DNA of 64,000 nucleotides. It comes from Nemertoderma westbladi. Lineage: Eukaryota; Animalia; Xenacoelomorpha. A model generated the notes under the pieces. The model saw only the letters and a list, made by a program, of their open reading frames with translations, did no database searches and was not told the DNA's origin. Shown here one piece after another: positions 1-11,821 of this stretch; the first letter of the stretch is position 1; the number at the start of each line of letters is the position of its first letter. The translations under genes and the position numbers were made by a program. Location: contig JAUCBJ010006915.1 in assembly GCA_032718475.1 (NCBI GenBank), forward strand, positions 112,088-176,087. The letters run 5' to 3'.

Positions 1-667
1 ACATATATATTAACCTAATATATAAACGTGAATCCATAAAAACTATGACAATTAAAGTAATCACACCGTTAATAAAGATTAAGTAGTAGATACTTGAGGG
101 AGCTGAAAAGAGACAGTAGACAGTTAGATGGCTATGGTGGAAACGTAAGTACCGGTACTAATATTGTAGTTCACAAATCCTTGATGTAGGTGATATAGCA
201 GATATGTGGTATAACAGATGAGAAATAATTCAGATCCGTATTTCGATAATATACAAAAATTGAATGATTACGGAAATCAAATAAAAACAAAATATTACAT
301 AAATGCAATAGTACCATGATCAATATGGCGGGGTAGGGACTGATAGGCGTCCTAAACACTGTGTTTACGAGGTCTTGGGGTGCAGACTGCTATATAAATA
401 GTGATCAGATCATAAGCCAAACGAAAGTAACGATCATTAAGTCTGTCTCAAAAATAAAACTACTGTAAATCATAAATAAAATCGACAACACCTTTGACCT
501 GTGACATTAAAAATTTATAATATACCGCTATACGGTGTGTGCAACACTATTATATAGTAATTATTCATAACCTATACACTTAAAATACATAAAATTTATC
601 AACATCAATGGGAACTGGCTTATTAAATAATTGAGCAGAATTGATGCGTCCCACATATATTACTGAA

Positions 668-2203
668 TTAACAATTTTCGGTTTTCATAACCAAGTTACT
701 ATTCGGTGTGTTTATTACAATATTGTTATGGTGGTTAATAGAAACCGTTGGTAGAGCGGATTGTACCGGCGGACATTCGGTGATTGGTAGAGGTGTCTGC
801 AAGGGTTGGAACCCAGATGGGAAGGGGCGAGAAACTGTGGTCGCATCGGCCTGCACAACCAACGGAAACGTCGGCATTATACCGGGTGGTTTATTGCTAA
901 TGGAAACAGCGTGAGAGAAACCGGGAATAGCCGTAGAGGGAACCGAAACGCTGGCGGCGAGGAACGCGGGTGGAACGCTGGTGGAGGGGAGGGAAACGCC
1001 GCCGGGGAGGAAATTGGGAATACTAGTGGTGTTTGTACCGGGACCGACGGCGAAGGATTGGCTGGTAGTCGTCAAGGGAGACACCATGGTAGGGAAGCTG
1101 GAGGTGGCGACGGCGGCCTGGAGCCGGCGGGCGTGTTGCTTGGTTATGTGCTCCTGCAGCTTCGTCTCATTGTAGTACTGCAGCGGACACATGTGACACT
1201 TTAACATCGCAGGGTTGGTGTGGCGGCGTTCGTGGCGTTGGAGATGCCACTTTGAGGCGAACGCATTGCCACAGATGGTACAAGTAAAGGGTTTAATTCC
1301 GTCGTGGGTGACACGTTGATGACGTACCAACTTATCCTTCCTCGTAAACCCCTTCTCGCAAATTGTACAGAAGAAATGCTTCTCTCCCTGTTCGGTTTTC
1401 ATGTGGCGATCGAGATGGGCTTTCCTGGTGTAAGATTTGGGGCAATTGTGACACGGATGCTGTTTATTCTCCATGTCTTTATGCGTCGCCATGTGAAGGT
1501 CAAACGCGTCTTGATCGTCGAAGTATTTACTGCAGTCCAGACACTGGAGATGCGGAGCGTGGCGTTTCTTGCTGTGGGAAACCAGCTGTCTGCGCAGACG
1601 GAAGGTCTCGGAACATACGCCGCAGACGTGTTTGTTCTTGGAGGCATCAACCGGTTTTAGGAGTCGATCCTTAGCAGGGGGCACAGATACCGACTGGGTT
1701 TCCAGGGCAGGAGCCGGAAAGTTACCACTGGGAAGCACAGGAATATAAGGAGCTACCGGTACTCCTACCGCAGGCTGGGTGGCTAGAGGAGCCGTCATGG
1801 CGAAGGAATGGGAGGGAGAGAGGAGAGCAGCGGTAGGTTTAGGTTGTGGAATAATCATAGCATTGTAAAACTGCGCCAAATTGGGAGCGAATGATGGACG
1901 GTCGTATTGGGGCTGTACTTGAACGTAGGCATCGCCGGAAGTAACTGCAGAGGTTGACGCCATCATCTGGTTGCTATTGTTGCAGTTGGGGATGGAGGGA
2001 TGAGTTTGCGGTCTGTGCTCTGGTAACTTTTCTACTCCTCCCAGTTTTGTGTGCTGCTCCAACATACAGGATGAACGCAACAAGCCGATATGGGAAGCAA
2101 TGAACGTTGTCGTCGCGGTACTAGAAGGAACTCCTGACACAGAACTACGGTCCAGGGATGTCGTGAAGGTTTGCTGATTCATTTGGGACTGCGATCTATC
2201 CAT
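668..2203 (-). CDS. Intronless C2H2 zinc-finger protein (six tandem fingers, Pro/Ser/Thr-rich flanks), probable transcription factor
   Basis: 511-aa ATG-initiated ORF with six C-x2-C-x12-H arrays (CGVC, CLDC, CHNC, CTIC, CTIC, CHMC) and Kruppel-like linkers (QGEKHF, DGIKPF); finger 3 has E in place of the last His. Confidence 0.88.
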   Translation of the reverse strand: MDRSQSQMNQQTFTTSLDRSSVSGVPSSTATTTFIASHIGLLRSSCMLEQHTKLGGVEKLPEHRPQTHPSIPNCNNSNQMMASTSAVTSGDAYVQVQPQYDRPSFAPNLAQFYNAMIIPQPKPTAALLSPSHSFAMTAPLATQPAVGVPVAPYIPVLPSGNFPAPALETQSVSVPPAKDRLLKPVDASKNKHVCGVCSETFRLRRQLVSHSKKRHAPHLQCLDCSKYFDDQDAFDLHMATHKDMENKQHPCHNCPKSYTRKAHLDRHMKTEQGEKHFFCTICEKGFTRKDKLVRHQRVTHDGIKPFTCTICGNAFASKWHLQRHERRHTNPAMLKCHMCPLQYYNETKLQEHITKQHARRLQAAVATSSFPTMVSPLTTTSQSFAVGPGTNTTSIPNFLPGGVSLPSTSVPPAFLAASVSVPSTAIPGFSHAVSISNKPPGIMPTFPLVVQADATTVSRPFPSGFQPLQTPLPITECPPVQSALPTVSINHHNNIVINTPNSNLVMKTENC

Positions 2204-3054
2204 TTCTTTAATACAGTAATAATAGACTAGGCAAGCCTACTCCCTGACTCCTGTCTGGTTGTTATGGTATATATCCGCCTATTCAACTATCAGACTAGGC
2301 CTATTGCCGTTGATACCGTTGTATTAGGCCTACTACTGTCTGACTGTCAGACTGTACTAATCTGCTAATAGGCCTAAACTAGGAGCGCAGTTCACCTCAC
2401 ACCTGCACACACCGTCGTCCTCCCTCAGGCGTTATCGATCGCCCACTCGAGAGGTTCGGGCAGACCGTGATGTGATAATTGTACAGTATGTCGATTTATC
2501 GGTGAATAAAGGCATTCCAATAACAGAATAATCGCGATTTCGGTCAACACTGACGGGTGACAGACCGAACGTAATCAGGATCGAATGTAACATAGTTTTT
2601 ACTAATCGAATGTAACCTCAATTATGTTACATTGGATCCTATAACTATGTTACATTCGATCTACAAATACATGAGAGTAAAAACCCAAGCGATCATTTTG
2701 TGAACATCCAATGATATTGCCTGTTTTATAAATGCTTTAAGTTGTTATGGGATGTTCTGTTTGATTGGTTGTTATGTGATTTACTTGCTAATCTTGGCCA
2801 GTATTAAATACACTAAATCAACAAGCACTGATCAATGTGTACAGATATACAGTAGGAGTCAATATGTTTCACAGGAGGCATGATGGAGGGGGGGGGGGGG
2901 GGGGGATTTTCGAAAACCTATCTTGGCAGCTTGGTGAATTAAAAGCACATCCCGGCGAATTAGCAATGATAATTATTAAGTGAGGGAAAGGAACAGGTTG
3001 CTGTGGCAGGACAATGGATAGAATAATAATAATTTTTATTACGTACTATATTTA

Positions 3055-3237
3055 TTATTTATTTTGGAATAAAGATGTAAGGTAAAAAGAGCACGACATT
3101 GACATTTTCGTCGACATTGACTGATTGACGTCGTCGGGATGTGCAGTTATCCGATGTCGGATTATATTACTTTTCTCTGTAAATCTTTTCTCACAATGGG
3201 TACCGGTACACGTATAATAATCTTTTTCACAATTCAT
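3055..3237 (-). pseudogene. Single C2H2 zinc-finger gene fragment inside a TIR element
   Basis: 60-aa ORF containing YTCTGTHCEKRFTEKSNIIRHRITAH (C-x4-C-x12-H-x4-H). Confidence 0.55.
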
Positions 3238-3694
3238 TATTAGGGCCTACTGTATTACGTATTATTTACCTACTTTAAATGTCCAGTTACTGCTGTATTG
3301 TACGATATGACAGTATTTTACAAAGATTAAAGCTGTAAAGAGGTCTGGCCTCTATCCTAGAACCTAGCACCTAGACCTAGAGCAAGAGTCCATCAATTGT
3401 ATTATATTCTTAAGTACATTCCTGCATTCTGTCATTATTACGTCAGTCACTGCAAACAATCACTCATAGCGTCATAGGTAAGTGTGTTAGAGTCTGAGAG
3501 TACATGTAGAGCTACCAGCATACTGCTAATATTTAAATGTAAACTACTAAGTTACATTGATCGCTTGTTGATTTAGTGCATTTAATACTGGCCAAGATTA
3601 GCAAGTAAATCTCACAACAACCAATCAAACAGAACATCCCATAACAACTTAAAGCATTTATAAAACAGGCAATATCATTGGATGTTCACAAAAT

Positions 3695-4285
3695 CCAGGT
3701 TGGAATTCATGCATGAGCGCGCAGGTACGCTTTGTTGTTTTGAAATCACCGCGCACCTGAAATTGGCTCGTCGCGCACCTCATCATACTGTCATAATCCA
3801 AACAAAATCGCGCAGCTCATGTCATGCATATCTCAAAAAATCGCACAGTTCATAAGAACAATTTACATTCATAGCCTATTTTACAAGTTTGAGCGTTTTA
3901 TGCTTATCTTTACGTCTGTCTGTCTGTACGTTGAATCTAGGCTTACATAATAAATGTAATTTTTGCAACATCAAAATTGTTAATGTTAACAAATATTTTT
4001 TTAATCCACTACTATGGTGGCCCATCGGGCTCACTGCTTTTATAACAGAAAATATTATGAAACTAAAGCGAGCGAAGCGAGCGAAATTTTTTTGTGTATT
4101 TTCGTGATTTCAATTAATTTGTGGTGCACATCAGAGGCAGAGCTGCGTGCTGAGGCGCAATGCGCACCTGTCTCACCCGAACGCGCACCTGTCTGCCTGT
4201 CTCACCCAAACGCGCAACGCGCATCTGGTTTGCGGTCATTCGCGCAGGTACGCGTCCGAGTTTTGCAGCATGAATTCCAACCTGG
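3695..4285. mobile_element. hAT-type MITE
   Basis: TIR CCAGGTTGGAATTCATGC / GCATGAATTCCAACCTGG; 8-bp TSD CACAAAAT (3687-3694, 4286-4293). Confidence 0.85.
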
Positions 4286-5500
4286 CACAAAATGATCGCT
4301 TGGGTTTTTACTCTCATGTTCTACAAATTACTAAGCTAGAATGTAACATACATTTATTTCAGTTGTGTTTTGATTTCAGGAGTTAACCGATGAAATGCTT
4401 CGTATAATTACACGAAGAAACAGTTTGGCAGTTTGGTGTTGGTTACTGGTGAGTACAAAACAAAGACCCAAGACCCAATTAAGTAACCTGCATGATCTTA
4501 GTAACATGTGTTAACTTTTGTTTATTGTTTTGGTTCCCCCAACGCCTCTGTAACCTGCTTCTTTCAGCCTTTAAATAAAAGTAACCTGCATAATCTTGTA
4601 ACATGTCTTAACTTTCGTTTATTGTTTTGGTTCCCCCTACACGCCTCTGTAACCTGCTCCTTTAAATCTGTAAATGGCAATGTTACATTCGAGCTTAGTA
4701 ATTTGTAGATCGAATGTAACATAGTTATAGGATCCAATGTAACATAATTGCGGTTACGTTCGATACGTAATAACTATGTTACATTCGATCCTGATTACGT
4801 TCGGTCATGTATCGAACACTGACATATCCAGTTTACAAGCGCCTATGCTGCATCGCTACATCTCCCACATCCATCCCTACATCGTTACAAGTAATTAACC
4901 AGAACGCTGATAAGTTGACATAATGTGACAATAACAAAGCTGCAAAGTCTATTACCAATACAGTATTATAAGTTCTATCCTGATTAGGGTTCAACAGAAG
5001 GCACTTTATGGGGCCGAACCGAACCGAACCGAAGCAGGGCCAACTTCGGGCCGAACCGAACCGAATCCGAACCGAAGTTCAGAAAGTTATGGTCATAAAT
5101 TCGTATTTACGTCACTATACTGGCTGACTGGCAGTGGCAGACTGGTACCTATTTGGTCTGCGGGCTTATCAAGAAAGCTATGATTAATTAAAAAAATAAG
5201 TACTACAAAATAAAATGACAATATTTACATTACTATACATTACTAAGCTAAACTACTGTATACTTACTGTATGCACCACATTTTCACCCGTAGTAAGTAG
5301 TGACATCAAATTTAGAAAACCTCACTAAAGTACAGGTAGTCTTTGTAATACTATTTATATGAGGTAGTAGGTATATTTGGTATTATGTATCAAAGTTATG
5401 ATTAATTAAAAAATATGTAGGATGGCTAAAACGTCTGTCCTTATCTGATCTGATCTGATCTGATCTGACGGTATCTGACACTTGTTCCACCTTGGTTCAG

Positions 5501-5790
5501 AGCGCACCTTGGTGTAGTGGTTATATTGAATTCACATCTCTCGGAGGTTGTGGGTTCAACCCCGGCATGGGGCCAAGGTAGTGTTCGTTTCGGCACGAAT
5601 GTTTTGAAGGGTTTAGCGAGGCATCTCTGCCTTGCATCCTTAAATGGTAGCTAAATGAGTACTGGACTTTCTGCCTATGTCAGCATGTGAAGTTTCCCCG
5701 GTATTCCCCTTAAACCCGGAGGGTGTCAATATAATACTTCCCGCTCTGAAACTAACGATACTAACTAAAATACTAACTGAAACTAACTAA
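5501..5790 (+). mobile_element. tRNA-derived SINE
   Basis: A box TGGTGTAGTGG and B box GGTTCAACCC, unrelated body, ACTAACT-like tail; no complete cloverleaf; head shared with the copy at 8086-8285. Confidence 0.6.
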
Positions 5791-7866
5791 AAGGAATTCA
5801 AATAAAATAAGCTAGAAATTTTAAATTTGTTTTTAGCGGCTGGTGCCAAATTTTGGTGTCGGTCCATGTGAAGAATACCGCCCATGTGAAGCATACCAGG
5901 ATTTCACTTTTCGGTTGACTTTTATTGGAATTTTATATTTGAAGGTTTTAATTCTTTTTTAATTTATCTTTATTGAGTGTATTATAGAGCTTATTTATGT
6001 CTTATAACCTGCACATATACTAATTCGTTTATTGTTTTGGTTATATTCAGTGTAACCTGTGTTTTTGGTGAAAACCTGGTATTCTTCACATAGGGGTAAC
6101 TGCAAAGTAAAATAAAACGGCAGAAAGTCTGGTATTCTTCGCCCATGTGAAGAATACAAGGATTTCATTTTTCGGTCGATATTTTTTATTAAATTTGTCT
6201 TTATTAAGTGTTTTATGCGCGTGCGCGATGTCCTTTATTTTTTGAGGGGGATGATCTATTGATCAGTCAGTAGGACGGTTAGTAAGAAGGTGACCGGTGT
6301 AACTGTGTAAACAAGCCGCCGCGGTAACATATTCTACTTTCCCTCAATTGGTAGGTAACAAAATCGTTTATTGTTTTGGTTAGAAAACCCTGTCTCGGTA
6401 ACCTGCTCCTTTCCCAATTTGTAGGTAACAACGTCGTTTATTGTTTTGGTTAGAAATTACAGCCGCTGTAACCTGCTCTTTTCCTTCAATTGGAAGGTAA
6501 TAAGTGTTTATAAATTCCCACATTCCCATCCACCTTCCCCTATTCTTTAATAAATAGTAAAATTAATAAATTTCTTAAATTTCATACATATTTTAAATGT
6601 AATATATTAATAAGAATCATTACCGTACTTAATTAATAATATTAATTATAATTAATATAATTAACTTTAACTATTAATAATGATAACTATTAACAAGAAA
6701 GATTTACGAGAAAAATATTGCAGCAAATGCTGTATTGTTTTTAATAAAAGTTTAATATTTCAACACCAACTAACAGACTAAATCTACGAAAGTTGTTTAC
6801 ATCTGAAATTATCCATCTTGTTGGGACAATCACACAACTTTCATACCCACCATCCTTCATCCTACTGTATATCGCATTTTTAATATATAATAACATGCCT
6901 TTGTGCATTTAGATGCATACCGATATGCCTGTACTGCTACTTCATATGATGATACTGATACGTAACAGGCAACCTGAAACGTGATCCCCTATTCAGCTAT
7001 TGGCTATTTACCTAACAGACCCCTGCAAACCACCAACGTTAATCTAACGTTGGGTTTATGTTAGACATTCGTTAAAAAATGACAGTTAGAATTTAACCAT
7101 AAACCTACGTTAATATACGTTAGAATTCTGTCAATTTTTAACGTTAATTTTTTACAGTAATTATACGTCAAAAATTTACAAATATCGGACAATACCAGAT
7201 TTTTTAACGTTGATTTATCGTTAATTTTTAACGTTAATTTTTTACAGTAATTTACAGTAACGTTTCGGTTAACTTTATGAAACTGGATGTACGTTTCGGA
7301 TAACTTTATGAAAGTGGATGTACGTTTCGGTTAACTTTATGAAACTGGATGTACGTTTCGGTTAACTCTATGAAACTGCATGAGTCCGGTAGCAACCTAC
7401 GGGTCTCTGAACTATAGATCTAAGCCTCCCATTGATAAATAAAAATTCCACAAATCATTTCTAAAGCCTACTTTATAGTGTTTTAGAAATTAAATTCAGA
7501 ATCTATTCAAGAAAAAATCATACATAATTATTGATTTTTTCATTGATCAATTACACGAGATTATGAATTTAAGCTTATGGTTTTAACACTTGAATTTGTT
7601 CAAAATTACATTTCACTGTATGTAACTGGCAATTTGAAAATCTATCGTAATGTGATAATAACGTGTATTATTAATATTATATCTAATACATAATTAAAAT
7701 ATATACATAATTATTATATGTAATATTGATTAATCATACGTAATGTGTTAATTGTGAGATAATACAGTACAATATAATTTTGTCAATATTAAGTGGCAAA
7801 GTTGTCTTCGGCCGTTAGGCCAGGGAAAACATTACGCACAAAGTCTGACGACTTGTTTCCAGATAA

Positions 7867-8082
7867 GGGGGCGTTCATAAAGTATGTCACGCACTAGGGG
7901 GGGGGGGGGGTAGAGCTTTCGTGACATTTTGTGACAGGTGGGAGGGGGGGTGTCGACCTTTGTGACGGTCACGGCGATGCAAATAAAAAAATTTACGAAA
8001 ATAGGTTTTTGGTGACAGAAGGGGGGGGGGGGGGGGGTCAAAAAAATGGAAAATTTGCGTGACATACTTTATGAACGCCACC
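7867..8082. mobile_element. PIF/Harbinger-type MITE
   Basis: TIR GGGGGCGTTCATAAAGTATGTCACGC / GCGTGACATACTTTATGAACGCCACC, flanked by TAA on both sides. Confidence 0.85.
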
Positions 8083-8085
8083 TAA

Positions 8086-8285
8086 TTCCACCATATTTTT
8101 ATTCACCAGAGGATACTCCAGTACCCATTAAAGGACGCCCTTGAGAAATGCGCCCTAGCTCGTCCCTTTAAAGCGTTCGTCCTGAAACGAAAACTCTCCC
8201 GACCCCTTTGCGGGGATCGAACCCATGACCTCTGGAGAGATGTTAATTAAAGGCAACGGATTAACACTACACAAACTACAAGGGC
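8086..8285 (-). mobile_element. tRNA-derived SINE fragment (same family as 5501-5790)
   Basis: Minus strand reads TGTGTAGTGTT...ACATCTCTCCAGAGGTCATGGGTTCGATCCCC (B box), matching ACATCTCTCGGAGGTTGTGGGTTCAACCCC of the first copy. Confidence 0.55.
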
Positions 8286-8959
8286 GGGAAGAACATAAAA
8301 AATGTTAGATTTTTGCTTGATCAAATGTGGCGTCGAATGCTGGACATTGACATTGACATATAGATTATCTATCATTACTAATATCAATATTAATCATAAC
8401 AACACATTTTGATGCTAACAAATACAATAGTATTTGTAATTTCTCTGAATGCTATTTTTAATGCAACCACGGCGACAATAAACCGAGAGGATCATAGATT
8501 CGAGCTGAGTTTCAGCAGAGTAAGTGCAATACAAAAGACCGCAACTACTTAAATTTATGCAAAAAAACCGTAAGTCAACAAGACTTGCGGTTTTTTGTCA
8601 TTAGAATTTAATGAGGATTTCACATCTGGAAATGGCTTGGCGAGATCTGTTGTATGCATTTTCAATAATTACCAGAAGTAGCTCCGATGAGAGAAAGCTT
8701 TTAATTTAACTGATGTTATTAATTCCATTAGTCATCTGAGGTCAACCCACCCTACCCTAACTGTTTAATATGAGAATGCCTTCTTAGGTTGTTTCGAGTT
8801 ATCACTGTCTACCGGTCTGACCGTCAAGATGTAAATTTAGACAGAGCCAGATAAGATAATAGCAATTGTCTGGAATATGTGATTATTTGACGTTAATTAA
8901 CGTTAAGTTAATTAAGCGTTAATTATTATAATTATGTTTTTATCACTGTCAGTTGTTTG

Positions 8960-9245
8960 TCATTTTTTGACGTTAAATACAATATATTTTGACGATCCAA
9001 ACTGATTGTCAGTAATATGTCATTTTTTAACGTTAAACATACAATATATTTTGACGATCCAAACTGATTGTCAGTAATATGTCATTTTTTAACGTTAAAC
9101 ATACAATATATTTTGACGATCCAAACTGATTGTCAGTAATATGTCATTTTTTAACGTTAAACATACAATATATTTTGACGATCCAAACTGATTGTCAGTA
9201 ATATGTCATTTTTTAACGTTAAACATACAATATATTTTGACGATC
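8960..9245. repeat. 62-bp tandem repeat, about 4.5 copies
   Basis: Unit AACGTTAAACATACAATATATTTTGACGATCCAAACTGATTGTCAGTAATATGTCATTTTTT repeated nearly perfectly. Confidence 0.9.
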
Positions 9246-10835
9246 AAAATACCTACCGTTTAAAATTAACGTTAATTTGCGTTAATTTTTAACGTTAAAA
9301 GGGCGGCCAAACTAACGTTATTTATATGTATTATTAACGTTAATAATTAACGTTGGCATTGTCAGAAAATAACGTATATTAATGCATTATTAACGTTAAA
9401 TTGTTTGCAGGGTGTATGTATAAACTAATAGTATAAACCACAACACTAAGGTGGAACAAGAGTCAGATACCGTCAGATCAGATCAGATCAGATAAGGACA
9501 GACGTTTTATTCTACCTCAAAAATATGTACTACAAAGTAAAATGGCAATATTTAGCCTAACCTAAACTACTGTATAATTAAACTAATTTTGAAACTACCC
9601 AAGTAAACTGAAAACAATTAAAAAAATAATGCCATTTAAATGGAAGTTCAGTCCAAAATTAAGGGTGTAAACGTTAAGCAGACAATGGTGCAGACACCTG
9701 GTGCGGACAGTGGTGCAGACACCTGGTGCGGACATTGGTGCAGACACTGGTGCAGCGTGCAGACAGTGGTGCAGACACTGGTGCAGACAGTGGTGCAGAC
9801 ACAGGTGCAGACAGTGGTGCAGACAGTGATGCAGACAGTGGCAGAGTGGTGCAGCGTGCAGACAGTGGTTCAGACACTGGTGCAGACACTTGTGCAGACA
9901 GTGGTGCAGACACTGGTGCAGACAGTGGTGCAGACAGTGGTGCAGACAGTGGTGCAGGCAGTGATGCAGACACTGGTGCAGACAGTGGTGCAGAAAGTGG
10001 TGCAGACACTGGTGCAGACAGTGGTGCAAACACTGGTGCACATAGTGGTGCAGACACTTAGCCCGTAAAACAATAACGTTTATTGTTTTGGTTCCCCCAA
10101 TACTCCTCTGAAACCTGCTCCTTTACTAAACTGCTCCTTTACTAACCTGCTCGCCTCTTTACTAACCTGCTCGCCTCTTTACTAATCTGCTCGCCCCTTT
10201 ACTGTCTGCCTGCACCAGTGTCTGCACCACTCTCTGCACCACTGTCTGCACCACTGTCTGCACCATAGTGTCTGCACCATTGTCTGCACCACTGTCTGCA
10301 CCAGTGTCTGCACCACTGTCTACACCAGTGTCTGCACCACTCTGCACCACTGTCTGCACCAGTGTCTGCACGACTGCACCACTGTCTGCACCAGCACCAG
10401 TGTCTGCTTAACGTTTACACCCATTCTGCTAAGTAGGGCATGTACGCCGAACGCGTTCGGCGCACAATTTTTTCCAGAATTTGGAGCAGGCGCAGAAAAT
10501 TGAGAGCGCAGCGCAGCGCCGCGCAGCGCCGCGCAGCGCGCAGGCGCAGAAAATGTAGAGCGCGGCGCGACAGGCGCAGAAAATTTATAGCACGGCTCAG
10601 ACTTGCACTACAGCACTAAGTCAGTACCGGTAAGTAGACCTACCCCTGGCAGTCTGCCGACTACCGGTAACAGCTAACAGGCAGACATACCTACACGTTG
10701 ATACCTACATGTAGCCTCTATGTAGGCTATACCTCTACGCAAAAACTTTATAGTACAGCCTGACAGTACCGGTACACAACCAACTGTATACTGCAGTACT
10801 GTTATTCTGATATTGGTTTACCGAGACTCAAGAGA

Positions 10836-11813
10836 ATGGCTCGACGTCAATCTCTACGTCCAGTTGATATGTCGAAGTTATTTAACTGCGACTCCTGCGC
10901 GGCCTTATTTGTGGAGAAGAAAGCATTGGATGAACATCTACTTTCTTGTGGGACTGATCCATCTAGTAGCCCGTGCCCACACTGTAATAAGAAGGTTTCA
11001 AACTCGAACTGTTTGGCCTGCGACATATGCGGTTTATGGGTACATGGTAGCTGTCTGAAGTTATCTGCTTCCGAAATACAAGTGCTCGCAAAGTGCAAAA
11101 ACTGCAGAATAGTTTGCAATAAATGTGATTTGAAAGGACCCATTTCCGCCGGCTCGCCACGCAACTCCCTATCTGATGAGTCACTAACCCGACTGGAAGC
11201 ATCCATTACGTCTAACATAGCCGACCTCAGTTCCAAGATTAACGTACTGTGTGCGGACGCCGACGCTGATGGCTCTCGTGGAACTGACACTGGCTACACA
11301 TCCGACGTTTGGAGAAAGGTTACTTCGAAATCACGATCATCTGTAACGAAACCTCTCCTGACACTGGATGATGTCAGCAAGGAAGCTGCAGAGCAAAATA
11401 AAAGATCAGCCAACATTGTTATAAAGGGACTGGATCTGCCGGCCAGCTCGTCTGATGACGCTAGATCGGTCGAAGACTTTATGTCCAAGGAATTTAATGT
11501 AGATAATTCCGTGGACACGGTACTTTTCCGACGCGCAGGAAACGCGACGAACAGACAGCCTTCAATGATTATTGTTAAGTTAACCTCGGCTGAAAGAAAA
11601 TCCGCTATATTAAAGGCTAAAAACAAACTGCGGCATTCTGATTCACATTCAAATGTTTACGTATCACCTGATTTGACCCGACTTCAGTCTGAACAGGCAT
11701 TCCTTCGACGTAAATCAAATCGCGATTCGAACAATGTTGGGCGAAGTTCAGGAGGCGAAACATCAAACCCGATTGCCACCCCCACTGAAAGTTCGGACTC
11801 GGAAAACCACTAA
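10836..11813 (+). CDS. LINE (CR1 group) ORF1: N-terminal zinc finger, PHD finger, coiled coil and RRM-like/CTD region
   Basis: CPHC..CDIC..WVHGSC..CNKC PHD pattern; RSANIVIKGL...IIVKL...ILKAKNKL...VYVSPDLT motif typical of CR1/L2 ORF1; directly precedes an APE-RT ORF. Confidence 0.9.
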   Translation: MARRQSLRPVDMSKLFNCDSCAALFVEKKALDEHLLSCGTDPSSSPCPHCNKKVSNSNCLACDICGLWVHGSCLKLSASEIQVLAKCKNCRIVCNKCDLKGPISAGSPRNSLSDESLTRLEASITSNIADLSSKINVLCADADADGSRGTDTGYTSDVWRKVTSKSRSSVTKPLLTLDDVSKEAAEQNKRSANIVIKGLDLPASSSDDARSVEDFMSKEFNVDNSVDTVLFRRAGNATNRQPSMIIVKLTSAERKSAILKAKNKLRHSDSHSNVYVSPDLTRLQSEQAFLRRKSNRDSNNVGRSSGGETSNPIATPTESSDSENH

Positions 11814-11821
11814 AGGGAGAA

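Larger units (their letters stand above)
2669..4319. mobile_element. Non-autonomous TIR element with 9-bp TSD, carrying a zinc-finger fragment
   Basis: About 170-bp TIR starting ACATGAGAGTAAAAACCCAAGCGATCATTTTGTG; right copy at 3555-3694 plus 4286-4319 (split by an insertion); TSD TCTACAAAT (2660-2668, 4320-4328). Confidence 0.8.
2555..4814. mobile_element. Non-autonomous Mutator-like (MULE) element, outer member of a three-level nest
   Basis: About 110-bp inverted termini (GACCGAACGTAATCAGGATCGAATGTAACATAG... / ...CTATGTTACATTCGATCCTGATTACGTTCGGTC) flanked by 9-bp direct repeat AACACTGAC (2546-2554, 4815-4823). Confidence 0.8.
7021..9412. mobile_element. CACTA/EnSpm-like (CCCTG-terminus) non-autonomous element
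   Basis: Termini CCCTGCAAAC / GTTTGCAGGG; many subterminal AACGTT motifs at both ends; internal 32-bp (7260-7380) and 62-bp (8960-9245) tandem repeats. Confidence 0.65.
5418..9518. mobile_element. MULE-like non-autonomous element
   Basis: Inverted termini AAAACGTCTGTCCTTATCTGATC(TGATC)n...GTTCCACCTT and complement at 9448-9508; 9-bp TSD AAAAATATG (5409-5417, 9519-9527). Confidence 0.72.

Noticed and set aside
708-1674. Plus-strand and alternative-frame ORFs overlapping the zinc-finger gene
   Set aside because: Shadow ORFs of a GC-rich coding region with no recognisable motifs.
5501-5575. tRNA gene
   Set aside because: A and B boxes are present but there is no convincing acceptor or anticodon stem; it continues into a SINE-like body and has a second diverged copy.
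9595-10371. His/Cys-rich and other repetitive ORFs
   Set aside because: Artefacts of a stop-free 12-bp minisatellite, open in most frames on both strands.
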